Shown: positions 25,556 to 38,567 of the stretch, piece by piece | Layout: the number at the start of each line of letters is the position of its first letter | Numbering within the stretch: position 1 is the stretch's first letter | Assembly (NCBI GenBank): GCA_028534125.1 | Contig: CM052817.1 | Span: forward strand, 79,920,001-79,984,000 | Reading direction: 5' to 3' | Origin: Lama glama | Lineage: Eukaryota | Length of the DNA: 64,000 bases | Notes under the pieces: generated by a model | Databases searched by the model: none | Told to the model about the DNA's origin: nothing | The model's input: the letters and a program-made list of their open reading frames with translations, nothing else | Position numbers and translations under genes: made by a program

Positions 25556-27358
25556 GTGGCTATCCTAGAAAAGCTCTTATGCATATTCATGAAAGAAATG
25601 TAAGTCAGGATGTTCATTACAGTGTTATGCCTAATAGTAAAAATATGGAGACAATCAGACTTCCTATAGAGAGATAAACTGTTTACATAACAGAATTCTA
25701 TACAGCAGTTGAAATGAAAGAATAATATTAACATATGTCAATGTAAATAAATCTCCACAATGTAATGTCAAGTGAAAAATCAAGCTGTCAAAGGATATTT
25801 ATATATGCTATCATGCAATATTTGAAGTACCCAAAACAATATTTTATAATTTTAGGGGTACATACTTTTATGGTAAAAGCACAAACATATGCCTGGAAAT
25901 GAGACACACCAACTACTTCTGAGAAGAGAGAGAAAAATGATCCTGGAGGCAAGGGTGTGGCTTGTGCTATATCTGTAATGTTTTATTTTTTTAATATGAA
26001 ATGAGATCTGTGCCAATGTCAGCAGATTGTTCTCCATCTTTTAAATCTGGGCTGTAACTGCATGGTACCAATTAATTAATTTTCTATAGGTTTTATGTAT
26101 TTCACAAATAAAATGTTTTCCCTTATCATATGGGTTTTCAGCAGTCCAGTTGTACTTTTCAGACTGATAATTTCCTTATCCACCTTTTATATAGGCTGCA
26201 ATAGAAAACCCAGAGAAGTTCATGACATGGCCAAAGTGTCCAATCTAATTAAACGGTGACTTGAGGATTAGAAATTAGTTGTCTTTTTCCACAACGCACT
26301 CTGTATGTCTGTTAATTATATGCTATAGAGACGATGATTCCAACTTCATCATAAGCCAGAAATAATCCAAATCATGTCCAATGTGGAAGAGTATGTTACA
26401 ACATTCTGCATCTTTCCTATTCCCCAAATCATACGTCACGGTTGTCATGTTACCTATTTTACTTACTCACAGGCATCTGCTCTACTTCGGAGCATTTAGA
26501 TTTTCTAGTTTTGAAAAAAAGGATATAAGGAAGCAAGACTACTGATCTAGAAATTTTCTGAAACTATTTAAAAGTTGGCAGAAGCTTTAAAATGGAGATT
26601 TTACTGATTATAATTAATTTTGGCTACAAGATTTTAATTAGGACATTTAAATTCTTTGCAAGATAGATTTTTAGTACTGCTCAACATAGACTTACAACAT
26701 GAGAACAAGTAGTCATTTGAACTGAATTTCCAAATTAATCTAAATAATTGAATTTTGAAAAAATAGATGACATGAAGGATTCCACAATATAATACTGAAA
26801 CAATAAGTAGAAAATATTCAGGGACATTAAGAACAAGTTTTGTTTCTGCAGCACCTCACATATCCAGATTTTAAAAAAAGAATTGTTTAGCAGGTCCTCT
26901 TTATTATGTTTTACATAATTAGGGCAAGGAATTTTGGCTACATTAATTAGGTAGTGTCAACACATTTCAGACACTTGATGGTATTCTTCAACCTACACTT
27001 CATGAAACATAAATAAGTAAATAAAAAGGACTTGAAGGAGGACTGAACTTATTTTGAGAAATAATGACTAAATATGCAACTTATGCATAGTTTCATACTA
27101 CATATTTACCAAAAATACACAGTTGTGGGGAAAGGCAGTATTATTCATACACAGTGGCTGGTGCGAGCGCACACACACACGCACATGCACACACGCCACA
27201 AGCCTAGCCAGTCGTAGGTAAGAAAATGGTCTCTACTCTTGCTCAAATCAGATTACTGTCTTCTTCATTATCGGGATTTTTCTGACTCTCCGAAGTGTGT
27301 CCTACAATATTGTCATCTGTTGTTTCCATCATCAGAGCCTCATTTCTATTTCTGGAAA

Positions 27359-27379
27359 ACACACACACACACACACACA
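27359..27379. repeat. (CA)n microsatellite (a second imperfect one at ~27170-27195)
   Basis: Direct reading. Confidence 0.9.
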
Positions 27380-28823
27380 GTTTAGCCTCCTGATAGTTCA
27401 AAATTTATTTTAAATTCTATCTTGATAATTAGTATTCCTGAGACTTTCTCTCCTTTCAACATGCGTGTGTGTGCTCTGTGCCCTCTGGCCGGATGCCTCT
27501 ATGACATTCCCCTGCTGAATTGATGGAAAGGATGTTCTGACTCTAGTCCATTGGGCAGGAAGAGTGCCCTTTTGATTGGGTCACCAGTGAAAACATGACA
27601 ACCGTGGTCCTTCTTCCGTCCCACGATTCAACACTCCTCAGGGCGCCATAGTGCAAGGGCGACTAGTCAGTGACAGTATGGGGTTGCTACTCTCATTTAC
27701 AGGTTTTATTTCATAATTTTATATGGTTTGATATTTGATTTATCCACAATATATTTCTAAGAGAAGTAAAAGGTACTTACATATTTCTAATAAAGACAGA
27801 AATAATGGAATAAGTGCACCTATGTATTTTTCCAACAGCTTAAAATTAAAGGACCTTATTCCAGAACATAATTTATTTTGATTGTTTCTTTGTTTATATA
27901 GTCAGTTCTTTTGAATGCCACTTTTTCCCAAATTGAGTGTTATAAAACTGTGTTAATTCTTTTGTTAAGTGTGAAGAAAAAAACTCAATTAAGCTGGAGC
28001 TAGAAAAAATTAAATGTTTCATTTTTGAAGATTTCAGAGCCTATATGTGACTTTCCATTACACAACCTAAGAGAGTGTAATGGTGTAACAATGGCTAAAG
28101 TGTATGGTGTAACACCCTTCCCTTTTGATGTCATATTGTAGAATGCTTCTTACTATTATGCAGACACTGTATTTATAAATACTTAGGCAGGTTGTATAAA
28201 CTTGGACTTATATTTCTAATTCATTTTTATAATAGCTTCCTAACCTAGTTTTAAATGCAATTCAATTTTTTTACTTCTTTTTATTTAAATTATAAAATTT
28301 ATGTTCATAAAAATTCAAACCATACATATATAGGGTGTATTAAAAGCAAATATCTTCACCCTCTCCCAAATCACACTCTCCTCTCTCAGAAGTGACCACT
28401 GTCAACAGTTTATTGAGTCCCATTTTAGTCATTTTTGCATGAAATAATTAAATTCTTACCTCATATAGTAGGAGGAAAATGTCAAACATCTTCAAAATTG
28501 GGTTGGAGGGAAAAAAAGTCTTTTAAAAAAAACACCTTCAAATAATATATTTTCCCCTGTCAATTCCATGGCTTACATTTTGAACAATGTCAGGTTTGGT
28601 TTAAGCGAAACTGTTGAATTTTCATTAACCTAACTAATTAGTTACCAAGGAAGTGGGTTAAAGAATAATACAATTTCTATAAATATTTTCCCCAAATCGT
28701 GCTAGATAAATTACGTCTTTAACTTTGAGCTTTCTTTAAATCCTTCACTAATTTAGGTCAAACTATCGGAACAAGCATAAATCAAACCACACCGGCACTC
28801 GCTGAACTGAGACAAGACCTCAA

Positions 28824-28861
28824 CGCCCTCTAGTGGAGCGACCACCGTGCGCCGTCACGTG
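28824..28861 (-). promoter_or_regulatory. Candidate CTCF site plus E-box
   Basis: cgccctctagtgg reads CCACTAGAGGGCG on the minus strand (CTCF core). GTCACGTG at 28854-28861. Local CpG retention. Confidence 0.55.
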
Positions 28862-29779
28862 TGACCAGCCCTCTGATTCCATGGGTAAGATGAAATCATA
28901 CAAGCTCTTAACGTTAGTGTCTTACTTCCTTCTTTTGTTCATTTAACAGATACTTAAACTTGCACTTAAAATTTTCCGTTTGAAATGAACCGTCACCAAG
29001 AACACAAGGGAAAATTACTGAGTGGGAAATACTCACATATGAAATATTCGGTAATAATTTTTATCACTTGAATTAGTCTCTGATCTTCCAAGTTACCTGC
29101 TTGTCTTGACTGCCTACTCTGGGCCATATCATGACTCTCTTCTGTTGAATCTACAAAGACTTAAATCTGTTCCTTTGTTTAAAAAATATATCTTTTTCTT
29201 TGGTTTCATTTCTCCAGATCTATTACTTCCCTTGAGTATTCCTTCACTTGCTTTTCTGAACAACAAAAATAACTATAATTTCAACAGAAATTATGGAAAT
29301 CAGAACATAATGGAATGGCATTAAAATGCTACAAGGACAAAAAGACCTTCCTACCTTCTCACCTAGAATTCTGTCCACAGTAAAAATACTGTTCAAAAAA
29401 AGAAGGCAAAAATTAAGGCCTTTTCAGACAAACAAAAGCTGAGTTTCTCACCAGTTGATCTTTACCACACGAATACTAGAGTTATTTAGGCTGAAGAAAA
29501 TGATCCCAGATGGAACCACTGGCTTGCGTAAAGGAATGAAAAGCACCAGAAAGGTAGTGGGTCATTTAAATCAATATAGACTGTTTCATAAAAGACTAAT
29601 AATAATAATAAAATCTTGTAGGGGTTTGAATATACAGAGAAGTAAAATATATGATAACAGCACGATAAATGAGAGAGATGAATGGAATTAAACTGTTGTA
29701 AAATTCATCTATTTGGGGAATTGGTAAAAGCACCAATCAGAGGTAAACTGTAATAAACTTAGGATGCATGTTGTATTCT

Positions 29780-30260
29780 ATTGTTACTTAACAGGCTACC
29801 CACAAAATTTACCGGTTTAAAACAGTCATAGCATTTGTTTAGCTTACAAATCTACAGTTTAGACAGGGCTCAATGAGGACATGCTGTCTTTACTCAGCAT
29901 CAGCTAGGAAGGCTCAAAGGCTGGACACTGGAACTGTCTGAAAGCTTACCTGTCTGCTTAGCTGATGCTATTGGTTGGAACCTCCATGAGGCTATGCCAG
30001 AATGCCTGCATGTGATTGTTCCACGAGGCTGCCTGACATGGCATGTGGCTGGGTTGGATGCTCAGAAAGAGGGCCAGACAGCAGCTATATCACCTTTTCT
30101 CGTCTGTCTTCAGAAGTCATGCAGTGTCAGTTCCATTACATTCTGTTGGTTAGAAGCAAGTCACTAGGGACAACCCGTATTAAAAGGGAGGGAAACTAAG
30201 TCTCTTCTTGTTGGTGGGAGGAATGTCAAAGAAGTTGTGGACATGTTTAAAATGCACAAG
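29780..30260 (-). mobile_element. MaLR LTR within old L1 fragments (~29300-31230)
   Basis: MLT1-like motifs. The flanks resemble L1 (MRYDLQLVRLAEIKK in ORF 30615-30806). Confidence 0.5.
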
Positions 30261-32926
30261 TTTCCAACAATTTTCAAGTAATTGTTATTATACAGATGGT
30301 ATTCTCTGACAACAATGCAATTCAGTTATAAATCATTATCAAAGAGCAGCTTTTAAAAATTCCTCCTATGTTTGGATAATAAAGAACACACATTAATTAA
30401 TGACCCATTGGTCAAATAATAAATCAATGAAAATTTAAAACTATTTAGGCTGAAATCGCAGTAAACCTAATGCCTGTTAAAATGTATACTTAATTGAAAG
30501 TACCTTTTGTGTATAAAGAGCTTCTATAAGTCAATAAATTTTAAAAACCCAACAGAAAAATAGGCACATGACATGGATAGACAATACGCAGAAAGGAAAA
30601 AATAGATCTTAAATGTGAAAAGACACTCAATGCCTCTTATAAGAGAAGTGAACATTAATACTACAATGAGATATGACTTGCAACTTGTTAGATTAGCAGA
30701 AATCAAAAAGTTTGGTAATATTTTATCAAAAAATAGGTATTTTCATATACTATTAAGAATATACTTTGGCAAAAATATTTTTAGAAGAAAAACCTATCAA
30801 AATTAAAAATGTTTAAATTAAAATTATATTTCACTTATAAGAATTAATTCTACAAATATATCTATACAGAGACATATGCATAAGGATATTAAGGAAAAGA
30901 TTAGAAAATGTCTACCAATAGAAAACTGTTAAGTAAAATATAATCAATACAGTGGGGTGTTATATAGCCACTAGAATGAGTCATTTTATTCGTATTGCTC
31001 TGGAGCTATTTCTAAAATACATCAAGTGAAAAATTAATATATACAATGTATGTAGTGTGCTATCACTTGTGGAAAAAATCTATTCCATATCCGTGTGCAT
31101 ATATATAAGCATTGTCTGCAATGATTCACAAGAAACTGGTAAAAATAATTGTCTATGAGGAGAAGTGGGGTTTGAATTGTAAGGAGACTTATTTAGAACT
31201 CTTTGAACTTGTTCACGTGTATTTTTAAGTGTATTACCACATAAAATATAAATCTTTTAACAACTTAAAGGCTACAGTTTTCACATATGAAGCCGGTTTA
31301 GTAGGGATATTTTGCTTTAGTCTAGGAGGAAATGCTAAATAAATGGGAATTAAAAATACTTTGAAACGCTTAGACATTCCTGAGCGTATGCCAATCTAGT
31401 TTCAAACAACAAAAAAATCTCTCTTGTGTTGACAAAACAAAAAACGTGTCTTCATTTCAGTTGAGCTAAAAAATCATCAGGTGGGGCAAGTAAAGTTACA
31501 TTTTCTATAAGCCATTCTTGCTCCAAAGACCATTACTTGATTTTAGGAAGAGTTTGTGTTCAGCAAGTGGCATCAGTTGTCTATTATCAGGAGCAGAAGT
31601 CTGAGCACATCTGCTCACTGCATTGTGGTATCAGAGTTGCTAAGAAAAAGGCAACGCAATTAAACTGGCTGGAATGATGCTTTACTCACATAGAGAAGAG
31701 ACAGAGAAATATCAGCTTCAGCAGAGAGCATCAGTTTCCTATGGCTAATGAGTCCCTGTCAGAAACCAACACAGAGCAACTGGCCTGCACACGCCCTTCT
31801 TGTGCAGCAGGACCCCAATCTCTCCCCAAAGGGTACAGACATAGCAGTGAGTGGGGTTAGCCAGGTGCCGTATGACCCATGTACTTAAAGAGAACAAAGA
31901 GGTACATAATGAGTCTGAAACAGGGAGAAGTATTCAGACAAGGTGGCAAGTCCAGCACAAGCTGTAAGGGCGCTACCTCTTAGTGAAGAAGTGTTCCAGA
32001 ACCAAGGCCCATTCTTACGCGGCCCCGTGGGAGTCAGAAGAATGCATGCAAGAGACTGCTTTTCTAAGTTTGTTCCTTTATGAAAAACAAAGAAAGTTAA
32101 ATTACAAGAGGATCATAGAATTACATGAGTTAGAAAATACACAATTTTCCTGAGAGTTTCTATCCTCAGGGAAACAGCATAACGAGACTAACAGTACAAC
32201 ATTTAGAATCCATTTTTATTTATCATCGATGGGTAACTGAGAAATTTTTAAATTTAAGTTCTCTGAACTTTAGTTTTCTCATATGTAGTAAGATGGAGCT
32301 AATACTACCAGTTCCAAGTTGTAATGCAGTAACTGAGTTAACATATGTAAAATGCCTCACTCCTATCCTAGGACATAGGTATTAAAGAAATACTAACTTA
32401 CAGGGTCAAACTTATGGAGAAATCTGGGTGATAAAAATGCTGCTTTGAATTTTTTATACGAAGAAAATTAGCAAATAATACAGTTGCCAAACAGTTTTAA
32501 TACTTTACATATCTGAATAATTGGTTAAAAAGCAAATATTCATCAGTTTTCAAAGTTGCACAAAAGGAAAACAATAGGGAAAGTAATGGCTTGCTTACTT
32601 GCCAGATTCATTTGACGTGGGGCCAGTTTCCTTAAGTAAAAAAAAAAAATCCAAGCTTTTGGACCCTAGAGCTCTAAAAAAGGCAGTTGAAATTAATACT
32701 GTTCTTGGATTCATGGTTCAAGGCAGTCGTTACATTTCCTTTGTTTCTTGATGCTATAGATTTAACAACATATTGGTAGAAATATGTAATTTCTCACATA
32801 GATTAGACATTAAGAGACCAGTTTGTGCATATAACTAAAAACTGAAAATGAGTACATTCAAATATTATGGGACTAGAACAAACACAAAATTTGTTAGCAA
32901 CTTTCCAGAAGGAACAAAACACGGTA

Positions 32927-33016
32927 TTAATAAAGAGTGGTCTTTTTCATCATTCTCAAAAATTCTTCCTCATTTATTTCTCCATCCCCATCATGATCAG
33001 CTTCATCAAGCATTTC
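32927..33016 (-). CDS. CETN4: CETN4 coding exon 5 (EF-hand 4 and stop)
   Basis: ttttacag|GAAATG...ACTCTTTATTAA, encoding [29 protein letters not shown]. Confidence 0.93.
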   Translation of the reverse strand, partial: EMLDEADHDGDGEINEEEFLRMMKKTTLY

Positions 33017-35854
33017 CTGTAAAACAAAATGTAATTATGATATGTGAAATCTATTAAAAAGGAATAATGATATAAATGAATACTCACATACTCAAAATCA
33101 AATTTTATTTTAAATGTGTTTTTGAGTACAACTAAAGTAAGAATATAACTATAAATTATATGTAAATTATAACTGTATATAAGCTATAATTATATATGTA
33201 AATTATAAAATTAAGTAAAATTTACCTGAAGTTCATCATCTGTTAAATTTTTCCCCAGTTCCTTAGCAACCCTCTTGATATTGTTTAGTGATATGCTTCC
33301 AGTGTCATCATCATCAAATAATTTGAAAGCCTTCAGTATTTCTTCTTTGTCATCTTTTTCACTCTTTAAAAATAGAAACAATTAAATGTCATTAGTCTTT
33401 TATTTATTCAGTTGGGCTGGATGTATAGATCTTTGAGGTCTACAGCAGCAATATACCAGGTAGCTGAGCTCTGATTTTATTTGCTGCTCTGATTTTTAAC
33501 AATTCTTCAAGTGCATTCACAGCCGCCCTCAAGGTACTGAAACTCAGGGTTTACTGAAATGGAAGAGCCACAGGGTGGTAAAGAGAATGTTATCTCTTAC
33601 TAACCCCAGTATTTGAGATACATTACCAAAAATGCAAGCTTCAAGACAACACGGAGGTTGCCCATTCAGTGCTTCCTAGGATAGTGCCTGGCAAAACAGG
33701 CACTCAATAGATTGTGTGCTGATTTCGAGGCTTCAAAATGCTGGCCCCATTCTCTCTATCCAGCCGTATATCCTGATTATTTCCTAACAGAAAACCTCTT
33801 CTCCACACTGATCAGTCTTCATTACTACCCTGAAAACATCTTGAATTTTGTTATTTCTATCTATATAAATCCCATCCATCTTTAAAGACCTAGTTCCAGT
33901 TCTTCTTCTATGGAACCTCCAATTGCTCCAGCCCCAAAACATCGAAGGCTATTGCTTATATTTCACTGAAAAACAAAATCACTACTATACCATTTTTACA
34001 CTCATTATGGCAAAAAAATCTTCAAAACTAATGGTGCCGACTCCTTCTTCGTCGATTTCAGCTATCATTTTTTTAATTTCTTCTTTCTTTGGTTCAAATC
34101 CTAAGGCCCGCATTGCAATCTGAAATAGAAAGCCAGTAAGTTATGCTATGCCACAATCTCATTCCTAGCTTTTAAATTACCTGTTAATTACTAGAGTCTC
34201 TCTTTTTTACTATGGGCTAGGCTTAAACATAGAAAGTAGAGTCAGCAGGCTTAGGTCCCAATCCTGCTGTGCCATAGGATGTCATGTCTCTTGCTGAGCT
34301 TTAGCCTAACTCATTCATAAAACAAGAAAAAAATGCTTAATGAGATATTATTCTGTTAGTGCAAACCAGGCACATACACTAAAGGCATAGGTGTCTGCAC
34401 TGAAGAGACATTATATCAAGCTTTCAGAAGGCTACTGATAAAAGATTTAAAGATTATCACGAATCAATGATACAGTTTTTTAAATGTCTTAGAAGTAATT
34501 TCAGAACCTTCAGTTCTTTCACATCTATGGTTCCAGACCCATCAACATCAAATAAATCAAAGGCCTCTTTAATTTCTTGCTTTTGGGTTTCATTCAATTC
34601 AATTTTTGCTGCTCTTTTCTTCCATTGGTCTGAAATTGTGCGGTAGTTGGATGCCTGTAATAAATAAACATGTGGGTGAAAGATAAACTGGGTAACTGAA
34701 AAAGGTGCCACAACGGAAGAATTGATGAACTAATTAAATGTAATAAATAAACATATTCAAGTATCTCATTCCCTATCATATAGTAAACCTCAAGAATTCC
34801 CCCCTTTCCTTTTGCTAACATTTGTGCTTTCAGTTGATATCCTGGTGGAAAGCCTGGTTCTTTTTTACCACTTAGGTTTTTCCTTCAAATTAGTTCTTTT
34901 TGAGAGGGAGAAGAGGCAAAGGAAGATATGCTAGAACAGTAGACGTTATGTCAGAAAACAATTGGCCTTACTTGGTTTATCTGAAAAGCAGTGTTTAAGG
35001 CATATTTACTTTCATCTACGCCTGTATACCTCATAGTAAAATTTGTTTAGTGAGATATGGTTGATCGGGACATAATACCCTTTTCCACCGTCTCTCAAGT
35101 CTCTTGTAGAGACTGAGAAATAAAAAAATTTCCTGGAGAAACATTACTCTGGGCATCTAGCTAAGAATAAATGTTGGACCGATGATCAGTATCCAGGGAA
35201 GATGGAGGGCATCTTCCTAATATTTGCCATTTTTCTGCTGACAAGCAAGGTCACAGAGTTACTCCTGGGGTTCTTCTGCAGATCATTTCAGTATCTTGTC
35301 TCCAGCTTTGGGTTAAGAAGCACTGGTGGCAGAGACTCCACCACGTTCCTGTGTATGTGGACACCAGCTTCACATATGTTAAGAGTTGGTTGTGGTGGCA
35401 GCAGATTCTTGATCCCTGGACCGCAGTACAGTGGTGTGGTCCTCAACTCACAGTTCCAGTCGCAGAGCTCGTAGCTCCCTCGCCTGGCCAGTTTTTCAGA
35501 GTTCTGGATCTTTCCTAGAGGCCCCAACAGTTTTAAAGTATCTTATTTTCTGTATTTAATTCAAACCTGGCTGAAGAAGGGTTTCCGTTTCCGACACAGA
35601 ATCTATCGTAAACTGGTATCAGCTGTTGATAGGGTTGGAGAGGGAAAAAGCGGGCTGGAGAACCGTCTTTCTGTCCCTAGAGTCACGGAAGATGCGCTTC
35701 TATTCGGCGACGAGAGGAGGGGTTATTATTGACAGTCGAGGGTCATGGAAAGGGGCGAATAATACATTTCATAAACTAAACAAAATTCCTTTCCTGCTCC
35801 GGGGACAAACTTCAGCCCTAGCTCCAGCCAGAAGTGCAGCTTCGCACTCACCAT
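32927..35854 (-). CDS. CETN4: Centrin-4, intact, 5 coding exons, 168 aa
   Basis: join(35852-35854, 34508-34654, 33991-34119, 33226-33363, 32927-33016), all GT-AG and phase 0. Protein: [168 protein letters not shown]. Position next to BBS12 supports CETN4 orthology. Confidence 0.93.
33226..33363 (-). CDS. CETN4: CETN4 coding exon 4 (EF-hand 3)
   Basis: tttttaaag|AGTGAA...CTTCAG|gtaaat, 46 codons. Confidence 0.93.
33991..34119 (-). CDS. CETN4: CETN4 coding exon 3 (EF-hand 2)
   Basis: tatttcag|ATTGCAATG...AAAATG|gtatag, encoding [19 protein letters not shown]..., 43 codons. Confidence 0.93.
34508..34654 (-). CDS. CETN4: CETN4 coding exon 2 (EF-hand 1)
   Basis: ttattacag|GCATCC...CTGAAG|gttctg, containing [23 protein letters not shown], 49 codons. 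Confidence 0.93.
35852..35854 (-). CDS. CETN4: CETN4 coding exon 1 (start codon only)
   Basis: ggggacATG|gtgagt. An ATG-only first coding exon is typical of CETN2-type and calmodulin genes. Confidence 0.85.
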
Positions 35855-36250
35855 GTCCCCAACCGGCGCCCTCAGCCGGGACCTCCCGGCTTCAACCGCC
35901 TAGCTCGCTGCCCAACACTTCACGGCAATAGCCGTTGCTAAGGACTCTCTCTCCTTCCCGTGCAGCGCCAGTCACCCACTGATTGACGGCCCTTCTACCC
36001 AATAGTCAGAAAAGAAGACGCTTGATGCCCGCCCTCTCTCTTTCTCTCTCTAGTCTCTACCAATAGCGTAACTCTCCGCCTTTCCCCGCCTACCAATAAG
36101 CGGAAGTTTCCGTCTGGTTTCTTAGCGACCAGCCTACCCGCCCACCCACCTCGCCCCGTTTTGCACTTGCGCAAAGTGCGGGCGGCGAAGTGGGGGTCTT
36201 CACCTGGGTGCTTGGGCATCCCAGTGCCAGCGGGAACCTGGCCTGGCGGT
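35855..36250. promoter_or_regulatory. Bidirectional CpG-rich promoter and 5'UTR region shared by CETN4 and BBS12
   Basis: X-box-like GTTGCTAAGGAC (35934-35945) and GTTTCTTAGCGAC (36117-36129). CCAAT at 35999, 36060 and 36093. ETS CGGAAGT at 36101-36107. GC boxes. Highest CpG density outside repeats. Confidence 0.8.
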
Positions 36251-36297
36251 GTGAGCCGGGGACCGGACCTTCCCGGAAGGATGGAGAAAAGAGCGAG
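36130..36297 (+). other. BBS12: Probable non-coding exon 1 of BBS12 (start approximate)
   Basis: Candidate donors GT|gtgagc (36251) and GAG|gttagt (36298) lie just downstream of the promoter. The BBS12 coding exon has an acceptor, so an upstream exon is required. Confidence 0.5.
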
Positions 36298-38170
36298 GTT
36301 AGTACCGAGGTGCTTCCACCGACAGAGAAGTCTTTGATGGAGACGTGGGGAGCCCTTGTTTGGTTTTCTGACCTCTTGGGGCCTGAGGAAACGATGAGAC
36401 TCTAGGACCTGGTGGGCCTGCTGAATTGGTCTAGCTTCGGTTTACCGTCCAGGATTAACAGAGGCGGAGGGGACTGCCCTTTCCTTGCGCCGCTAGACAT
36501 CCCTGTCTTCACAGTGCCTGGGGCTTGGCCTTTAGCCACTTACCTCCTCCTTGGTTAGCAGGGATTGTGGCGTGGTAGGCAGCGTTTCTTTATAGGAGGG
36601 GCATGGTGCGGCGGTGTGGTCGGAAGGAAGTGGGCATGGAGCAGGACGGGTCTTGGGATGCACTTGAAGCCTCTCTGCAAATGAAGGAGTTTTTACCTGT
36701 GTTGTAGTGTCCTAAATCTGGTCAGGGACCAGCCAGCAAAAGGGTGAGGGAGAAGGACTGAGGTGGTAGGAATGAAGGGGTCTGTTAAAACTTCCAACGC
36801 TTAATTGCTTATACATCAGCACTTTTTAATGCCTCCGGTAGTGCCTTCTCTTTGAGTAAATACTTTGTTTTCTAAAAATCGTACTGGATTCTCCAACAGT
36901 GGTTTCAGGAAGAACATTAACTTTTGCTTAGTCTTTTCCCTTTATCTCCTTGAAGGAAGGGCAGGAAAAATGCAAAGTACATTTTTGAAGTAGTCTCCCA
37001 AATCACTTCTCACACTTAAGTAAAAGAAACGTGACACATTTTCCAAAACTATTGTCCTGACTTGTTCACATTCTACCCCAGGCAGACACCCAAGCCTTGT
37101 AATCATTGATTTAAAAAAAAAACAAAAAACTCAATAGGATTCTGGAAAATAGGTTGTTCTTATATTACAAGTGTTTTTTCTGTGTAAAGTTACCCCAGTG
37201 GAAATTAAAATGATTCAAACTCAAGACACTTTGTGAATTAAGTAAAATGTCTAGTCACTTAATTATAGTATATTGATTTTTCAGGCCATTCACTCAGTGA
37301 GAAACTTGCTCTTGATTAGTTTTGAGGACATATACTTAATCTTTACTGCTAATATTAAAGGGATTTCTGAAACCAGAAGTGAATAATGACCAAATATATA
37401 GAAACAATTCTAATTTTTAGGCTCTCCTGGATCAAGTTTGATCTCGTGGCAATTAAAAAGCTGAATAGTGTGTTAATCTGCTTTTGCATCACTCTATGAC
37501 TTAGGCTTTTGTATTTGGGATATTAACGTCTAGTGAAAATGATTTTTTAATTATAGGTTCAAATTGCAGTTTCTAGGTCTTAGGTTGGAAGTACTCAGTC
37601 TTGAAAAATAGCTGTTACTAATCTAATTGTACTAAGGAACATTAATAATACTAATCTAGAAAAATCTTAAACCCATTAGCACTCTTAAATCCACTGAATT
37701 TATTTAATGCTTTCTACATGTCATGTACTATGCCAACTACTGGGTAGGTTTGAAAGGAACTGAATGTAGAATATAAAGATGAATGAAAACAGGGAACCTA
37801 CAGAGTAGTGGGGAGATGGGCACAGACAGAAGTACAGTGTTTTTAGTTCAGGGTGCTACGTGCTTTAGTAGATATGTGTAGAAAGTACTTTGGGAGCCCA
37901 GGAAGGAGGCACTACTTCTCCCTGGCATCAGAGGAGGCTTTATCAAAAATGTGGCATTTGCCTTGGGTCATGAAAAATATAATTTGCTAAGATGAAGAAA
38001 GGATAGGATATTCAATCAGAGTATAGCATGTGCAAAAATGAAAATAAATGTACGTTGCAGTGTGGCAAGATCAGAGCGTTCTTAAGGAGAGGTGGAAGAT
38101 GAGTCTTATAAATTAGATTGAGGTCAGATTATGGGACATCTATATCAAGCTAGGGATAAAGACTTTATTT

Positions 38171-38567
38171 TCTATCATGCTAAGTGAAGTAAGTCAGACA
38201 GGGAAAGACCATATTGATATCACTTACATGTGCAATTTAAAATATGATACAAATGAACTTATTTACAAAACAAGACAGACTCACAGACATAGAAAACAAA
38301 TTTATGGTTACCAAAGGGGAAAGAGGTGGGTGGTGGAGGGATAAATTAGGAGTTTGGGATTAGCATATTAAAAACTCCTATATATAAAATAGATAAACAA
38401 CAAGGTCCTACTGTATGGTACAGGGAACTATATTCAATATCCTGTAATAAACCATAATGAAAAAAAAATGAAGATAAATATATGTGTAACTAAATCACTT
38501 TGCTGTACACCAGAAACTAACAGAACATTGTGAATCAACTATACTTAAATCAAAAATTAAAAAATTA
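38171..38567 (+). mobile_element. Short 5'-truncated LINE-1 3' end with 13-bp TSD
   Basis: tgctaagtgaagtaagtcagaca...A-rich tail. TSD aaagactttattt at 38158-38170 and 38568-38580. Confidence 0.9.

Noticed and set aside
34457..34711. 84-aa single-exon EF-hand ORF or processed centrin pseudogene
   Set aside because: It is CETN4 exon 2 plus intron read-through. The other exons and their splice sites are present.
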